Part shown: in pieces, positions 61,785 to 64,000 of the stretch
Numbering within the stretch: position 1 is the stretch's first letter
How the letters are laid out: every line of letters begins with the position of its first letter
NCBI GenBank assembly: GCA_951406725.2
Contig: OX597821.1
Coordinates: 72,602,001 to 72,666,000 of the forward strand
DNA length: 64,000 bases
Reading direction: 5' to 3'
Source of the DNA: Octopus vulgaris
Lineage: Eukaryota
Program-made: the position numbers and the translations under genes
Notes under the pieces: model-generated
What the model was told of the DNA's origin: nothing
Database searches by the model: none
Seen by the model: the letters and a program-made list of their open reading frames with translations, nothing else

Positions 61785-62257
61785 TAAATTATAAAACAAG
61801 AATACTTTAATAGAATAATTTGATAGATTTAATTCTTTGGTTTTATGGAATCAAATTTGTGTAAAAATGGTTGCAGATCAGCTCTGTTGACATTTTCCTA
61901 GAAATCTTGGGATCCATCCCTGACTGTTAGGTGAAATGAGTAATGTAATGTGACCAGGCCTAGGAAAACAACTAAATGCAGGTAAAATAAACGAATAGAT
62001 AAGTCAGAAACAGGTAGTCTGATCATTTATTCACTCCTCTGTTTTTTCTCTACAAATTCAGAAATATGATGAGGTCAGTTCACTTGATGTTGTTCTCTCT
62101 CTGTTAGTCTATCTGTCTCTCACTTAACCATATAATTATTTTGGTAAATTTCATTCCGGTAAATGTAACGCCATAGAAACTGAAATTCCTTATTCTTTTT
62201 ATTTATATTTCTGCAAAAATCCTCTTCAAAAAATAAACACATCATCTTGAGTAACAT

Positions 62258-62963
62258 ACAGTTCTATATTTAAGAGATGAGGAATTATGTACACTATTTA
62301 CATTTGACGGATATTTGTCCTCATCTTCTTTGCTGTTAACACAACGTTTCAGCTGATATACCCTCCAGTCTTCATCAGGTATCTTGGAGAAATTTTGAAC
62401 CTGGGTTCTCATTCCCAAGGTATTTTTTGATATTATTATTATTATTATTATTATTATTGTCATTGCCTTTGCACAGCTTATAATACTGAAGATTCACTAC
62501 CAGTGAACTAAGGTAACACCTCTTATTTTTTGAGCACCATCCGGAGTATTCGGGTGGTTCCAAGCAGTGCTGTTTTCTGCAAGTGCTCCACCCTTATTGC
62601 AGCCCCTATCTGTTCCACGTACTTCTTGAGATTTTTACTCACCATTCCCAGGCTTCCGACTACTGCTACCTTTTTCATCGACCACAACTGCTTAACTTCC
62701 CAAGCTATCCCGTCATATTTCTTATTATTATTACTATTACTATTATTATTATTCCGAGTTCGATTTGAGGCACTGACCTGAATGATAATAATAATAATAA
62801 TAATAATAATAATATCGAAAAATACCTTAGGAATGAGAACCCAGGTTTGAAATTTCCCCAAGACACCTGATGAAGGCTGGAGGGTATATCAGCCAAAACG
62901 TTGTGTTAACAACAAACAAGATGAGGACAAATATCCGTCAAATGTAAATAGTGTAAATAATGT
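62258..62963. mobile_element. Penelope-like fold-back element (family A) enclosing an R4 fragment
   Basis: Inverted arms 62258-62458 and 62752-62963; direct repeat atcttgagtaac at 62244-62255 and 62964-62975. Confidence 0.8.
62459..62722 (-). mobile_element. R4/Dong-like non-LTR retrotransposon 3' fragment
   Basis: KYDGIAWEVKQLWSMKKVAVVGSLGMVSKNL...LQKTALLGTTRILRMVL* is the typical C-terminus of restriction-like-endonuclease R4-clade elements; flanked by (TAA)n. Confidence 0.8.
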
Positions 62964-63948
62964 ATCTTGAGTAACCATAGTAACTTTTGTTCCGCTCTAA
63001 AATTACAGAGTCTTAGGTATAAATTACTTTTATAACATTTATTAAATTAAAGTTAATATAATTTAACTCTGCAAGAAGTTTTTGTTATAGAAATTCTGAG
63101 AGAAGATCTTCCCACAGTCTATTAAATTCGAATGATGGTTTTCTTGATATCAAAATTCTACATAATAAAAACCTCAGGGAGTTGAATACCATCTGTTGGT
63201 AACGTGATCCATCATGAACCTCTTGGAAACGAGGAAGTGGAAGAAGTTGGTATTCAGAAGAAAAAGAGACAAACATATTAAGGAAATTAAAGTAAAAATA
63301 AATAATCTATATATTCTATATATATATATATATACAATATAAACAAATTAATTATATATATATAACTATATATAACAATATAAAGACACTAACATAATGT
63401 ACATACATATACAGAATGGTGTGGAATGGTTGCTGGGAAGAGATCTTCATTTTAGAAAAGCTGTTAAGAGTTTAACGCCATCAGTTAACAAAAAAGGAAG
63501 CCCTGCACCAAAAACATCTGTTATTTCATTTAACTCAGTCAAAGTAAATGGAAACGTTTTGTGTCGATAAAGATAAGACTATTTACACAAGGGGCTGTAC
63601 AATAGTTCAATGGTTTATAAAAAAGGGAAAAAAATCTTTTCCAAAATGCATTTTTTTAAAAACTAAATTTCAGTAATGGTGATGTTCTAGGTTTTCATAT
63701 TTTTTGTATATAATCAAATCTAAATATTTTAAGATATATATTTTTTTTAACAATCATAAAAACCTGCTAGTCTGAAACAATTGACATTCTCATTTGCAAA
63801 ATATCTTTATTTTTGCAAATGTTTTTTGAAATCTGAACTCCAATTAAAAGAAAGGTACAAAAGTAACATATTATTGCTAGAAACATGGCCAAAGTAGATT
63901 TAAAGACCAAAATTCCAGTGACAAAATAATGGTAATAATCCTCTAAAT

Positions 63949-64000
63949 CAGTGGTTCTCAGCCTGGGGTCTGTGGACCCCTGGTGAGCCACAAAGGTAGT
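63949..64000 (+). mobile_element. hAT-type element terminus (runs off window)
   Basis: cagtggttctcagcctgggg terminus preceded by ctctaaat, resembling the hAT/Charlie target consensus. Confidence 0.45.

Noticed and set aside
63085-63570. Protein-like open stretches as the upstream exon of the dystrophin-family gene
   Set aside because: No compatible phase 1 donor with an acceptor and no WW motif; left unassigned

Overview
AT-rich, repeat-dense eukaryotic DNA, most likely from an octopus (inferred from the SINE/LINE families; not provable here). The main feature is a minus-strand, multi-exon dystrophin-family gene (dystrophin C-terminal/dystrotelin-like: EF-hand region, ZZ zinc finger, coiled coils). 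I reconstructed 14 GT-AG exons from 53158 to the stop at 22449 that splice into one open frame of about 697 aa. Its 5' end is not securely located. Introns and flanks hold RTE-clade LINE fragments and many copies of their 3' tails, several tRNA-derived SINE families, Tc1/mariner, piggyBac-like, hAT and Helitron elements, a decayed 5S rRNA copy and microsatellites. The most notable signal is a set of short non-coding fold-back elements with Penelope-like architecture (inverted arms, a 33-nt one-sided extension, 12-13 bp target-site duplications). They carry minimal hammerhead-ribozyme motifs, and one family also has a tRNA-like Pol III promoter upstream of the ribozyme. Exon coordinates are base-exact by my reading; repeat boundaries are approximate.
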